The notes under the pieces were generated by a model. The model did not search any database, was not told the origin of the DNA, and was given only the letters and a program-made list of their open reading frames with translations. From TPA_inf: Saccharomyces (lineage: Eukaryota): DNA of 64,000 nucleotides. How positions within the stretch are numbered: position 1 is the stretch's first letter; each line of letters starts with the position of its first letter. Where the stretch lies: NCBI GenBank assembly GCA_000146045.2, contig BK006945.2, positions 256,001-320,000 on the forward strand, in the 5' to 3' direction. The translations under genes were made by a program, and so were the position numbers. This document shows, piece after piece, positions 22,862 through 33,250 of this stretch.

Positions 22862-24943
22862 ATGTGGGGGGATAGTATGCGCGAGCTTGGTGACGCTATG
22901 GATAATGAGTTGAATGCAGTGAAGCCGGTGGTGGAAGAAGGTGGCATGGATGGTGCCAGAAAATTTATTAAGGGTAAGAGCTTTCAGAAGTCTTCTACCG
23001 AACATATGTTGATTTCGCCCGGTAGGGATGGTTCAGTGCCATTGAATGGGTTGAAATCGTCGCCGGCAGACCCGCACTTGTCTGATGTTAATTCTATCTT
23101 GGACAATCATCGTGGCGGTGGCGAGACAGCTTTGACGTCTGTAAATAATATTATCATGGCCACTTCGACGAATGGGGACAGTGATGGGGTTGATGGAGAT
23201 GCCAAGAGGCCGTCTATTTCTAACTGTTCGTCGAGATCATCATTTTTTGACACCGTACTGAGCACGTTTTCCCTAAAATCAAATTCACAAGATACGGTTA
23301 CTAATGAAGTCAAAAATATTGAGGTCCAGTTTGCATCCGAGGAGGCTAATAAAAAATTCCGCCAAATGTTCAAGCCATTAGCTCCTAATACGAGACTTAT
23401 TACGGACTACTTCTGCTACTTCCACAGAGAATTCCCCTATCAGGGCAGAATCTATCTCTCCAACACACATTTATGTTTCAACTCAACCGTGTTGAACTGG
23501 ATGGCAAAGTTACAGATTCCCTTGAATGAAATTAAATATTTAGATAAGGTCACCACAAATTCAAGTGCTATTTCGGTGGAAACCGTGACTAACAGGTACA
23601 CTTTTTCCGGATTCATAGCGAGAGACGAGGTTTTCCAATTGATTACAAGAGTTTGGTCAAAGGAAAACTTAACCAATATCAATGACGTTTTGGAGGTTGA
23701 TGAGAGGGTCTCCAAGAAAAAGGGAATATCATCGACCCCTTCTTCCATATTCAACAATGTTTCTACCAATGCATATAACGATTTCATATCGACAACCACT
23801 ACTGAACCAACAAGCAGGGCTTCCTACATGAGCGAGAACGACATGCTCATCGAGGAGGCCATAAGGTCCGTGGACGATTACATGGGCACACCAAGAGCAT
23901 CGCCATCTTCTTCATCTTCGTCGTCATCGTCGTCATCGTCTTTAGGCTCTTCAACAACTTATTATTGTAGGCCCGTATATAGGTTAAAGCCAAACGCACC
24001 ATTTCAATATGAGGGGCCATTCCATGTACAAGAAACCATGGACTTTCCTTATAAACCTGAGGCTAATAATGAATACGTGCTTCTGGAACGTCAATTCAGC
24101 GTTCCACCCGGCCTACTTTTCATTATGATGTTCAATGAAGATAATCCAGTTTTTGAGTTAAGCTTTTTGAAAACTCAAGATTCGTCCAACATCTCACACA
24201 TAGGGACTTTTGAAAAAGTCAATAAAGATGGACAACATTACAGAGAATTCCAATACACCAAACAGCTGCATTTCCCTGTGGGGCCCAAATCCACAAACTG
24301 TGAGGTAGCGGAAATTCTTTTACACTGCGACTGGGAAAGGTACATAAATGTTTTAAGTATAACAAGAACACCAAATGTTCCTAGTGGTACCAGTTTCAGC
24401 ACCAGAACGAGGTACATGTTCCGATGGGATGACCAGGGGCAAGGTTGCATATTAAAAATAAGTTTTTGGGTGGACTGGAACGCATCCAGTTGGATCAAGC
24501 CAATGGTAGAGAGCAATTGTAAAAATGGACAAATTAGCGCCACTAAGGACTTGGTAAAGTTAGTCGAAGAATTTGTAGAGAAATACGTGGAATTGAGCAA
24601 AGAAAAAGCAGATACACTCAAGCCGTTGCCCAGTGTTACATCTTTTGGATCACCTAGGAAAGTGGCAGCACCGGAGCTGACGATGGTACAGCCGGAGTCG
24701 AAACCAGAAGCTGAGGCGGAAATCTCAGAAATAGGCAGCGACAGATGGAGGTTTAACTGGGTGAACATAATAATCTTGGTGCTCTTGGTGTTAAATCTGC
24801 TGTATTTAATGAAGTTGAACAAGAAGATGGATAAGCTGACGAACCTCATGACCCACAAGGACGAAGTTGTAGCGCACGCGACTCTATTGGACATACCAGC
24901 CAAAGTACAATGGTCAAGACCAAGAAGGGGAGACGTGTTGTAA
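22862..24943 (+). CDS. LAM6: GRAM + VASt/StART-like sterol transfer protein of membrane contact sites, C-terminal TM anchor
   Basis: 693 aa from ATG at 22862 (the track starts 4 codons upstream at TTG). GRAM-like segment [20 protein letters not shown]. Ser12 tract. C-terminal hydrophobic helix [17 protein letters not shown]. Confidence 0.9.
23906..23941 (+). repeat. Imperfect TCN trinucleotide tract encoding 12 consecutive serines in LAM6
   Basis: tct tct tca tct tcg tcg tca tcg tcg tca tcg tct read directly. Confidence 0.85.
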
Positions 24944-24996
24944 CAGAGTAATCATGTAATATTGTATGTAAGGTTATGTATGTTCGTATGGTATGG

Positions 24997-25013
24997 AAAA
25001 AAAAAAAAAAAAA
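24997..25013 (+). repeat. A17 homopolymer in the 75-bp convergent gap between the LAM6 and RFU1 stop codons
   Basis: Counted directly. Confidence 0.9.
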
Positions 25014-25018
25014 GGATG

Positions 25019-25621
25019 CTATGTGGAGAATGTAAGGCGTGGTAGCTCCGGATAATTCAGTCTGTAGGCTTCATCACGGGCAGTGGCCTGACTCTGAGAG
25101 CTTGCTCCGGTATTAAGTTGTGCGTTTGAAATTTTCTGGAAAAAAGAAATTGATTGGTTGAAGCTATACTCGTCGAAAGATTTCTTCGGCAGTGGTTGTT
25201 GCTCCACCTGCACGGGAGTTGTGTTTGCGTTTATGTTCGGCTTGGCTATATTATTAGCGAGTGATGTTTGCAATTTGCTGTATTGAGAATCAATTTGGGT
25301 GCGTAAGCTTTCAATAATTTTGCAGACCGCAGGCACTTCCAACTTTATGAGTTGCAGGTATTCTCTTTTATGAATATACGATGACGACGATGACGACGAC
25401 GCATCCATGCGCAAAAGCTCAGGGTGTCTAGATAGTTTGTTAGTCAATAAATCCACATATCTAAAATAATAAATAAACGACAGCGACAAGTCGTTGGCCT
25501 GGAACGCACACTGTGCCTTTTCCAATATGCCGATGCATGTTTTCAGGTAAATTCTCAATGGTATCGCCGGATTGAAGCGATAATCCTTAGCGTCCTGAAC
25601 CAATTGCTTACTAGACTTCAT
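25019..25621 (-). CDS. RFU1: Endosomal regulator of free ubiquitin chains (Doa4 inhibitor)
   Basis: 200 aa. Matches YLR073C. Contains a Ser7 run encoded by a GAC/GAT repeat on the + strand. Confidence 0.88.
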   Translation of the reverse strand: MKSSKQLVQDAKDYRFNPAIPLRIYLKTCIGILEKAQCAFQANDLSLSFIYYFRYVDLLTNKLSRHPELLRMDASSSSSSSYIHKREYLQLIKLEVPAVCKIIESLRTQIDSQYSKLQTSLANNIAKPNINANTTPVQVEQQPLPKKSFDEYSFNQSISFFQKISNAQLNTGASSQSQATARDEAYRLNYPELPRLTFST

Positions 25622-25955
25622 GACCTACCGGGGCCAGATAAAGATGCGGAAGGAAGAGAAAAAATGTATAGTGGTTGGTGAACCGCAACAATAATTCGTG
25701 CCAACACTTTAATCGAAGCAAAAATTGTCTTGTATGTTATTAATATTATCTATCTAACCATTGATTTACGTATAAAACTGTCGATGCTCATCGCCTAGCA
25801 ATGAAAAAATTTTTTCTTTTTTTTTTCATTATTTCTCTTTGTTGCGTACTTTTTTTCATTGCGTTTCGCGGCAAAAGCGATTCGAGTTGACTGGAAGTGT
25901 GTTATACTATAAAAAGTGTATATGCCTATTTTTGGTTCTGATCTTTACTTTACTG

Positions 25956-26456
25956 TTAAGTACTGGCTGAGGCAGTAGACTCTGCCTCTGTTACGGCAGC
26001 GGTATTCGCCTCGGCATCAGCAGCCGCCCACGGTAGAGTAGGTTCTGTTGTTTTGACGTTTGCCAAGGTACTGTCCAAATGCTCCTTCAGCAAGGCCTCA
26101 TTACTTTCCTTCTCCGGACCCACCGATTGCGTGATCTCCTGTACACGGTTCAAGAACTTGTTCAAATTGTAGCCCGCAGCAGCATCAGAGACTTCTTGTG
26201 TGTAAGGGACACCCCTCAACTCCTTGACTCTTCTTTTGTGCACTTTGCCCTTTAAATGCGTTTTTAACGCTATAGCAGTCTCCATGTATTTGGCACAGTG
26301 TATGCAATAGTGCTGACCAAGGCCCGGTTTGGTTTCATCCAATGGCTGGTTCAGAAGCTTCTGTACTGATTCCTTGGTGGACAAATCGTTATAGATCAGG
26401 TCCAAGTCTCGTGTTCTTCTTTTAGTCTTGTATCTCTTCACCGAATATCTACCCAT
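25956..26456 (-). CDS. BUD20: C2H2 zinc-finger pre-60S ribosomal export/assembly factor
   Basis: 166 aa. C2H2 finger YCIHCAKYMETAIALKTHLKGKVH. Confidence 0.9.
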   Translation of the reverse strand: MGRYSVKRYKTKRRTRDLDLIYNDLSTKESVQKLLNQPLDETKPGLGQHYCIHCAKYMETAIALKTHLKGKVHKRRVKELRGVPYTQEVSDAAAGYNLNKFLNRVQEITQSVGPEKESNEALLKEHLDSTLANVKTTEPTLPWAAADAEANTAAVTEAESTASAST

Positions 26457-26656
26457 GATGCGCTATTGTTTTATCTTCACTTGTCTGTGTGTTTAACTGC
26501 CTTTCAATTCACCTCATCTCATCTCCCGCTACTTTCCATATATAAAAGCAAAATTAATTTGCTTTTTCCCCTGTCAGTATAAAAAAATTTTCCGCAGGAT
26601 ATAGAAAAAAAAGAAATGAAATTATAGTAGCGGTTATTTCCGTGGGGTGCTTTTTT

Positions 26657-26669
26657 ACACCTGTACATC
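26657..26669 (+). promoter_or_regulatory. Rap1-like site ACACCTGTACATC (one mismatch from ACACCCRYACAYM), about 260 bp upstream of RPL10. A weaker second GTACAT core follows at 26674-26687.
   Basis: Seen directly. T-rich tracts follow, as in many RP promoters. Confidence 0.4.
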
Positions 26670-26926
26670 TTTTCCCTCCGTACATTTTTTTTATTTTTTT
26701 TTTTGGTTTTTTTTTTTCGATATTTTTCCCTCCGAAACTAGTTAGCACAATAATGCTGACTAAGGAAACTTTTCATCTCAGAATTGATGGTCAGTTTGGT
26801 TTCTCTAGAGAATAGTTTATAAAAAGATGTTGATGTGGAGCAACCATTTATACATCCTTTCCGCAAGTGCTTTTGGAGTGGGACTTTCAAACTTTAAAGT
26901 ACAGTATATCAAATAACTAATTCAAG

Positions 26927-27592
26927 ATGGCTAGAAGACCAGCTAGATGTTACAGATACCAAAAGAACAAGCCTTACCCAAAGTCTAGATACAACAGAGC
27001 TGTTCCAGACTCCAAGATCAGAATCTACGATTTGGGTAAGAAGAAGGCTACCGTCGATGAATTCCCATTGTGTGTCCATTTGGTTTCCAACGAATTGGAA
27101 CAATTGTCTTCTGAAGCTTTGGAAGCTGCTCGTATCTGTGCCAACAAGTACATGACTACTGTCTCCGGTAGAGATGCTTTCCACTTAAGAGTCAGAGTCC
27201 ATCCTTTCCATGTCTTGAGAATCAACAAGATGTTGTCTTGTGCCGGTGCGGATAGATTGCAACAAGGTATGAGAGGTGCTTGGGGTAAGCCACACGGTTT
27301 GGCCGCTCGTGTCGACATTGGTCAAATTATCTTCTCTGTCAGAACCAAGGACAGCAACAAGGATGTTGTCGTTGAAGGTTTGAGAAGAGCCAGATACAAG
27401 TTCCCAGGTCAACAAAAGATTATTTTGTCTAAGAAGTGGGGTTTCACCAACTTGGACAGACCAGAATACTTGAAGAAGAGAGAAGCTGGTGAAGTCAAGG
27501 ACGACGGTGCTTTCGTTAAGTTCTTGTCCAAGAAGGGTTCTTTGGAAAACAACATCAGAGAATTCCCAGAATACTTTGCTGCTCAAGCTTAA
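26927..27592 (+). CDS. RPL10: 60S ribosomal protein L10 (uL16)
   Basis: 221 aa, [24 protein letters not shown]... unmistakable uL16. Confidence 0.97.
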
Positions 27593-27607
27593 GTTCTTTT
27601 CAAACAT
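27185..27607 (-). CDS. Dubious 140-aa ORF antisense to the 3' two-thirds of RPL10
   Basis: Tracked ORF entirely within or opposite RPL10. Remembered as dubious YLR076C. Stop-codon depletion antisense to a highly codon-biased gene explains it. Confidence 0.4.
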
Positions 27608-27871
27608 TTGAACTAACTTAAAAGAGAAATTTTTTTGATTTAAATTCTAGTTTATTAAACAGTAAATATATTTATACATTATTGTAATACATATAATTAT
27701 GTGTTTTTTTAAAGTTCAGCATGTTGGGTAGTGATATATCCTGAAGTCAATGGACACTGTTGCTTTTTGTATACCAGCAGGAAAAAAAAAAGCCTGAGCT
27801 GCAGTAACGAAGAATTGTTGAATGCGTCTAACAAGAAAGGGAGCAATCGATAACAGGGACGTGCGCCGCTA

Positions 27872-29623
27872 ATGTCATTCAGATTATTCACGAGGACTTC
27901 TCAACGTCTCCCTCGCCTTAACTGGGTTAGTCCCATCAGGCGATACGCCAAACAACCTCAATACGATGAAGCAGAGTTGTTTGCAGAGAACATTAACCAT
28001 GGCGCATATAAAGCAAAGAAAAGGCCATCAGACGAGCATTTCCAATGGCCTGAGAAGTCTCCTGATCAGATCACAAAGGAATCTGAACTCCAATGGGAAA
28101 GGATGGCGAAATTATCTGCTGTTGGGCAAGGGATCCTCATTCTCGTGGTAGTGGGTGGGTTGGGAACGGCCTACTTGCGTTGGCCAGAATTAAAATCCTG
28201 GTGGTTAATCAAGATGAATGGCGGTCGCATAAATGCAACGCAAGAGCAAAGTGGACAGGATTCGTTGGAAAAATTGATCAGACAAAAGGCCAAAAATCTA
28301 TTAAGGGAGATTCCTCAAGTGCCTGCCTTTCAACTTGGAATAGATCATCCTGGTGTATACATATGGGGAAGGTGTCATTCTAAGGACTCATTGTTCCCTG
28401 TTAGAGTACCTAATTTGGATGGTCGTAAATTCAGAGATATCCTATTAGCTCCCTCTGACGATTTCAACACCAATTTTGCAATTGACGAGAAAGGCGATTT
28501 GATATCGTGGGATGATTTGGGACAAACAAAAACGATATTGCCAGATCAAGATTTGACCTCAATGAAGTATTCTAGTCACTTTTTGTACGCTTTGAATAAA
28601 AAGGGTGAAATATTGGTCATACCTATAAGAACGCCGGATCTGATAGCTTCGCAAGTATCATCAAGAAGGTCGAAATTGTTGCCATGGAAGACAAAACTAA
28701 GATATGATTGGAAATTACAAACAAATCAGATTTTCAACGGTAAGGAAGGAGAAAAACGTGTAGTACAATTTGACGCTGGTAGCCATCATCTGGTGTTGCT
28801 ATCTAATTTAGGTAAGGCTTATTGCTGCGCGACGGGAAATGATCAAAAACAAGCTCAAGTATCCAAAGGACAATTCGGTATACCAACATTCTCACAATTC
28901 GATGAGTTTCCTCCCAATAATCAACTATTCGAAATTGAACTGCTGAACAAATTTAAGCATGAAGGAGAAGACGTTGTCCGCAAAAGAGAAATTAAAAAGA
29001 TAGCTTGCGGGTCGTACCATACACTGGCAATAGATAAGACTGGTGAAATTTATGCCTTTGGCTGGAATAGGTTCGGCCAATTGGCACTACCTATTTCGTA
29101 CAATCTAGAATATGTTTCTTTCCCAAGATCGGTAACGCATGCATTTAAACCGCATTTCCCGGGGATGACGAATTGGAAATGTGTGGATATTCATTGTGAT
29201 GATGAAACATCGTTTGTGACCATTCGTAAGCCTGGCTCAACGTCAGACCATCATTATTTCGCGTTTGGTAATGGACTTTTTGGTGAATTGGGCAACAACA
29301 CTTTCAAGAACTCGCAATGTGATCCCATAAAAATCAAGTCGGATGACAAGAAATTGACCAACTGGAGTTGCGGCTCTCATTGTGTGTTCACTGAAACTGA
29401 ACAAGAAAACGAGGTCATTGCATGGGGTAATAACGACCATGGCCAACTAGGTATTGGAAAGAAAACTATGAAATGCGCTAAGCCAATGAACATTCCCGAA
29501 GTTCTCAAACCAGGACAAGACACGACAGATTTGGACTCAATTTATAACAGTAAATTACACTTAAAAAAGGAGCAACGTGTAGTCACCAATGGTAATAAAA
29601 GTTGCTTATACTGGCGGGTTTGA
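27872..29623 (+). CDS. FMP25: Mitochondrial inner-membrane protein with RCC1-like beta-propeller repeats (complex III assembly)
   Basis: 583 aa. N-terminal presequence plus a TM segment (ILILVVVGGLGTAYL). Repeated GxxGQLG-type RCC1 blades (FGWNRFGQLA, WGNNDHGQLG). Confidence 0.88.
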   Translation: MSFRLFTRTSQRLPRLNWVSPIRRYAKQPQYDEAELFAENINHGAYKAKKRPSDEHFQWPEKSPDQITKESELQWERMAKLSAVGQGILILVVVGGLGTAYLRWPELKSWWLIKMNGGRINATQEQSGQDSLEKLIRQKAKNLLREIPQVPAFQLGIDHPGVYIWGRCHSKDSLFPVRVPNLDGRKFRDILLAPSDDFNTNFAIDEKGDLISWDDLGQTKTILPDQDLTSMKYSSHFLYALNKKGEILVIPIRTPDLIASQVSSRRSKLLPWKTKLRYDWKLQTNQIFNGKEGEKRVVQFDAGSHHLVLLSNLGKAYCCATGNDQKQAQVSKGQFGIPTFSQFDEFPPNNQLFEIELLNKFKHEGEDVVRKREIKKIACGSYHTLAIDKTGEIYAFGWNRFGQLALPISYNLEYVSFPRSVTHAFKPHFPGMTNWKCVDIHCDDETSFVTIRKPGSTSDHHYFAFGNGLFGELGNNTFKNSQCDPIKIKSDDKKLTNWSCGSHCVFTETEQENEVIAWGNNDHGQLGIGKKTMKCAKPMNIPEVLKPGQDTTDLDSIYNSKLHLKKEQRVVTNGNKSCLYWRV

Positions 29624-29735
29624 GAAACGAAAGAGCATAGAAGGAAAGTAGCGAGATTCGCGATGTTTTTTCAACCCTTATAATGATGCATGTATATATG
29701 GTATGTTTATTTATATATAGAACTCACGGTTACTT

Positions 29736-30559
29736 CTATCTTAACCATTTCAACACATAATAAATACCTATGATCAAGAGAATTAACGCGATCCAAAAGA
29801 CTAGTTTATCTTTGAACACCCGTTTATTGATAGAGGTGATAGTTTGTTCCGAAACACCCAATGTTCTTAGGCCATTTGACATTCTATCTTGTACCTTGGA
29901 TAAAATTTTGTTTTGTTCCACTATATTTTCGAATGATTGTTGGCCCATTTCTAGAATGTAATCTAATTGAGCGTTACCCCTTTCGAAAACAGACTGTTCC
30001 TTTTGTAGCCCTTGGTACAACGGTAGTCCCCCACCGTTGCTAGAGCCCTCTTTACCATTTGCACTCGCACCACCAACGTTCCTTTTATTCATGATGGTCT
30101 CTGATGTACTAAAGGGGTTATCGGAGTCCATAACATGCGATGCTCCTGAGCCAAACAACTGAGTTCTGGAATTATTTTCGTTGTAGGATTGTTTTAAATC
30201 CTTAAACTTGGCAGTAAAGTCGTGCAGATCCTGTGTTAAAGTTGCTAGTCGATTAGCGAACTTAGGATCAATTTCCTCTGCATTAGTATCTTCTTTATAT
30301 CTGTTTAAATGTTCTGCATATTGCTTAACTGTTTTCTCCAGTGAGACCAGAGTTGCAGAGATGGACCCTTGTAAAGAAATAGGGGCGGTCACAGAATTCT
30401 TTTCAAACCTGGCCAACTCTTGTTGTAGTTGATTTTTTTGCTTCACAGCATGGTTGTAAAGAGCGTTCTATTTGATGGTAGTAGCAAAATACCCTGTTAG
30501 TATTACATCTTGTTTTAGCAATAATGAGAAAAGATGCCTCCGGCGATCAAACATACCAT
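29736..30559 (-). CDS. BOS1: ER-to-Golgi v-SNARE Bos1. Two exons: exon 1 is ATG alone (30557..30559), exon 2 is 29736..30467. 244 aa.
   Basis: Minus strand reads A ATG|GTATGT...TACTAAC...AAATAG|AACGCTCTTTACAACCATGCTGTGAAG (M|[12 protein letters not shown]...). The tracked ORF 29736..30446 starts internally at GTG. C-terminal TM anchor. Confidence 0.88.
30468..30556 (-). other. BOS1 intron (89 nt), immediately after the start codon. 5'SS GUAUGU, branch point UACUAAC (+ strand gttagta at 30496-30502), 3'SS UAG.
   Basis: Read directly on the minus strand. Restores the full N-terminus MNALYNH. Confidence 0.85.
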
Positions 30560-30819
30560 TCCCCCCTCAAATCAATATGATTAAGTCACGATAATATCTG
30601 CACTATTGCCGTGTTTCCTTCTCCATCGACAGCGTCGATCCTGTCTATTATAGCCAGCACACTGAAAATTTCAATGGCTGGCTTGTTGTTCGCGTCGCAA
30701 CTTTTGATATTTATAAAAAGAGAGAAGGCATATCCAAAGGATAAGGTATTGTCTTTGTAAATCAATCAACCAAACCTCTACGGAATTTTGACCCTTGAAG
30801 CAGGGACTATTACACGAAA

Positions 30820-31674
30820 ATGACTCCTTCCACCCCACCAAGGTCCAGAGGGACTAGGTACCTTGCGCAGCCTAGTGGCAATACTAGTTCTAGTGCCCTA
30901 ATGCAAGGTCAAAAGACCCCCCAAAAGCCTTCACAGAACCTAGTCCCTGTCACTCCCTCAACAACTAAGTCTTTTAAAAATGCGCCATTATTAGCACCTC
31001 CCAATTCGAACATGGGTATGACCTCTCCATTTAATGGGCTTACGTCTCCTCAACGCTCGCCGTTTCCAAAATCTTCAGTGAAGAGGACACTATTCCAATT
31101 TGAAAGTCATGATAATGGAACAGTAAGGGAAGAGCAGGAACCATTGGGTCGTGTAAATAGGATATTGTTTCCCACGCAGCAAAATGTGGATATAGATGCA
31201 GCAGAAGAAGAAGAAGAAGGAGAAGTTCTTCTTCCCCCCAGCAGACCTACATCTGCCAGGCAGTTACATTTATCACTTGAAAGAGATGAGTTTGATCAGA
31301 CACATAGAAAGAAGATTATTAAAGATGTACCTGGTACGCCCAGCGACAAGGTGATAACATTTGAATTGGCAAAAAATTGGAACAACAACTCTCCGAAAAA
31401 TGACGCCAGGAGTCAAGAAAGTGAAGACGAGGAAGACATCATCATCAATCCAGTGCGGGTGGGTAAAAATCCCTTTGCATCAGATGAACTGGTCACTCAG
31501 GAAATTAGAAATGAACGTAAAAGGGCAATGTTGAGAGAAAACCCAGATATAGAAGACGTAATAACATATGTCAATAAGAAGGGAGAGGTGGTAGAGAAAC
31601 GAAGGTTAACGGATGAAGAAAAGAGAAGATTCAAGCCAAAGGCATTGTTTCAATCTAGGGATCAAGAGCATTGA
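30820..31674 (+). CDS. SIC1: Cyclin-dependent kinase (Cdc28-Clb) inhibitor
   Basis: 284 aa. N-terminal S/T-P phosphodegron cluster (MTPSTPPRSRGTRYL...TPQKPSQNLVPVTPSTT...), C-terminal inhibitory domain. Confidence 0.93.
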   Translation: MTPSTPPRSRGTRYLAQPSGNTSSSALMQGQKTPQKPSQNLVPVTPSTTKSFKNAPLLAPPNSNMGMTSPFNGLTSPQRSPFPKSSVKRTLFQFESHDNGTVREEQEPLGRVNRILFPTQQNVDIDAAEEEEEGEVLLPPSRPTSARQLHLSLERDEFDQTHRKKIIKDVPGTPSDKVITFELAKNWNNNSPKNDARSQESEDEEDIIINPVRVGKNPFASDELVTQEIRNERKRAMLRENPDIEDVITYVNKKGEVVEKRRLTDEEKRRFKPKALFQSRDQEH

Positions 31675-31915
31675 AGAAATGAAAAAAAAAAGTTTCTGGA
31701 ACGATTATATTTTATTTACTTACTTATTCTACATTTATTTGCAAAGGGGCATTAACATCAACATTTTACATATTATAATATATACAGGATATTCTATATT
31801 ACAACATTAACAGGATTTTTAACTTTTCCTTACCGTATTCTTTTATTCTGGTTTTCTGTCTTCAGAATAATAGCATATTTCATTGTAGTATTTCGTCAAA
31901 GCGAGTTAGGGGAGG

Positions 31916-33250
31916 ATGACTACAAGAAAGACAGCTTCCTCTCTTCAGCTTTTAGGGAAAATCACAGGAACAAAAGCTGGAACTAAGCAAAAGAAGATGA
32001 ATTTCATTAATGGACTGATATGGTTATATATGTGTGTGTGGATGGTACACGGAAAAGTGACGCAGAAGGATGAATTGAAATGGAATAAAGGATACTCGCT
32101 ACCAAATTTGCTAGAAGTGACAGATCAGCAAAAAGAACTTTCACAATGGACTTTGGGTGACAAAGTAAAACTTGAAGAAGGGAGGTTTGTTTTAACTCCT
32201 GGAAAGAACACAAAGGGTTCACTTTGGTTGAAACCTGAATATTCAATAAAGGATGCAATGACAATAGAGTGGACGTTTAGAAGTTTCGGGTTCAGAGGCA
32301 GCACAAAGGGGGGTCTTGCATTTTGGCTGAAGCAAGGAAATGAGGGAGATAGTACCGAGTTATTTGGTGGAAGTTCGAAGAAGTTTAATGGTTTGATGAT
32401 ATTGTTACGATTAGACGATAAGTTGGGAGAGAGCGTGACAGCGTATTTGAATGACGGAACAAAAGATCTTGATATTGAATCCTCACCGTACTTTGCGTCA
32501 TGTCTGTTCCAATACCAGGATTCCATGGTACCATCAACATTAAGATTGACTTACAATCCACTAGATAATCACTTGTTAAAGTTGCAAATGGACAACAGAG
32601 TGTGTTTCCAGACAAGGAAAGTTAAATTTATGGGCAGCAGCCCATTTAGGATTGGAACAAGTGCTATCAACGATGCATCCAAAGAATCGTTTGAAATCTT
32701 GAAAATGAAGCTTTATGACGGAGTTATAGAGGATTCGCTAATTCCTAACGTGAATCCTATGGGACAACCCAGAGTGGTTACTAAAGTGATCAATTCTCAA
32801 ACTGGTGAAGAGAGTTTCAGGGAAAAGATGCCATTTTCTGATAAGGAAGAAAGTATAACGAGTAACGAGCTTTTCGAAAAGATGAACAAGTTGGAGGGGA
32901 AAATCATGGCAAATGATATCGATCCATTACTCCGCAAGATGAACAAGATTGTGGAGAATGAACGTGAACTGATTCAACGTTTAAGACCACTGTTAGATCT
33001 GAAGAAAACAGCCATAAGTGACGATAGTTTCCAAGATTTTCTTTCGATGAACGCAAACCTGGACAGATTGATAAAAGAACAAGAAAAAATTCGACAAGAT
33101 GCCAAGCTGTATGGCAAGCAGACCAAAGGTCATGATGAGATATTTTCCAAAATAAGTGTATGGTTGGCACTGCTGATTTTCATTATGATCACATTGGCGT
33201 ACTACATGTTTAGAATTAACCAAGACATCAAGAAGGTCAAACTTCTGTAA
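31916..33250 (+). CDS. EMP46: L-type lectin-like ER-Golgi cargo receptor, type I membrane protein with C-terminal KxKxx-like tail
   Basis: 444 aa. Signal/TM near the N-terminus, luminal lectin domain, coiled coil, C-terminal TM and KKVKLL. Confidence 0.9.
   Translation: MTTRKTASSLQLLGKITGTKAGTKQKKMNFINGLIWLYMCVWMVHGKVTQKDELKWNKGYSLPNLLEVTDQQKELSQWTLGDKVKLEEGRFVLTPGKNTKGSLWLKPEYSIKDAMTIEWTFRSFGFRGSTKGGLAFWLKQGNEGDSTELFGGSSKKFNGLMILLRLDDKLGESVTAYLNDGTKDLDIESSPYFASCLFQYQDSMVPSTLRLTYNPLDNHLLKLQMDNRVCFQTRKVKFMGSSPFRIGTSAINDASKESFEILKMKLYDGVIEDSLIPNVNPMGQPRVVTKVINSQTGEESFREKMPFSDKEESITSNELFEKMNKLEGKIMANDIDPLLRKMNKIVENERELIQRLRPLLDLKKTAISDDSFQDFLSMNANLDRLIKEQEKIRQDAKLYGKQTKGHDEIFSKISVWLALLIFIMITLAYYMFRINQDIKKVKLL

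Noticed and set aside
24238-24903. 221-aa antisense ORF inside LAM6. Similar antisense ORFs sit within REX2 (3951..4355), XYL2 (18427..18795), SMC4 and CSF1.
   Set aside because: Each lies wholly within and opposite a well-supported gene and has a low-complexity translation. These are shadow ORFs.
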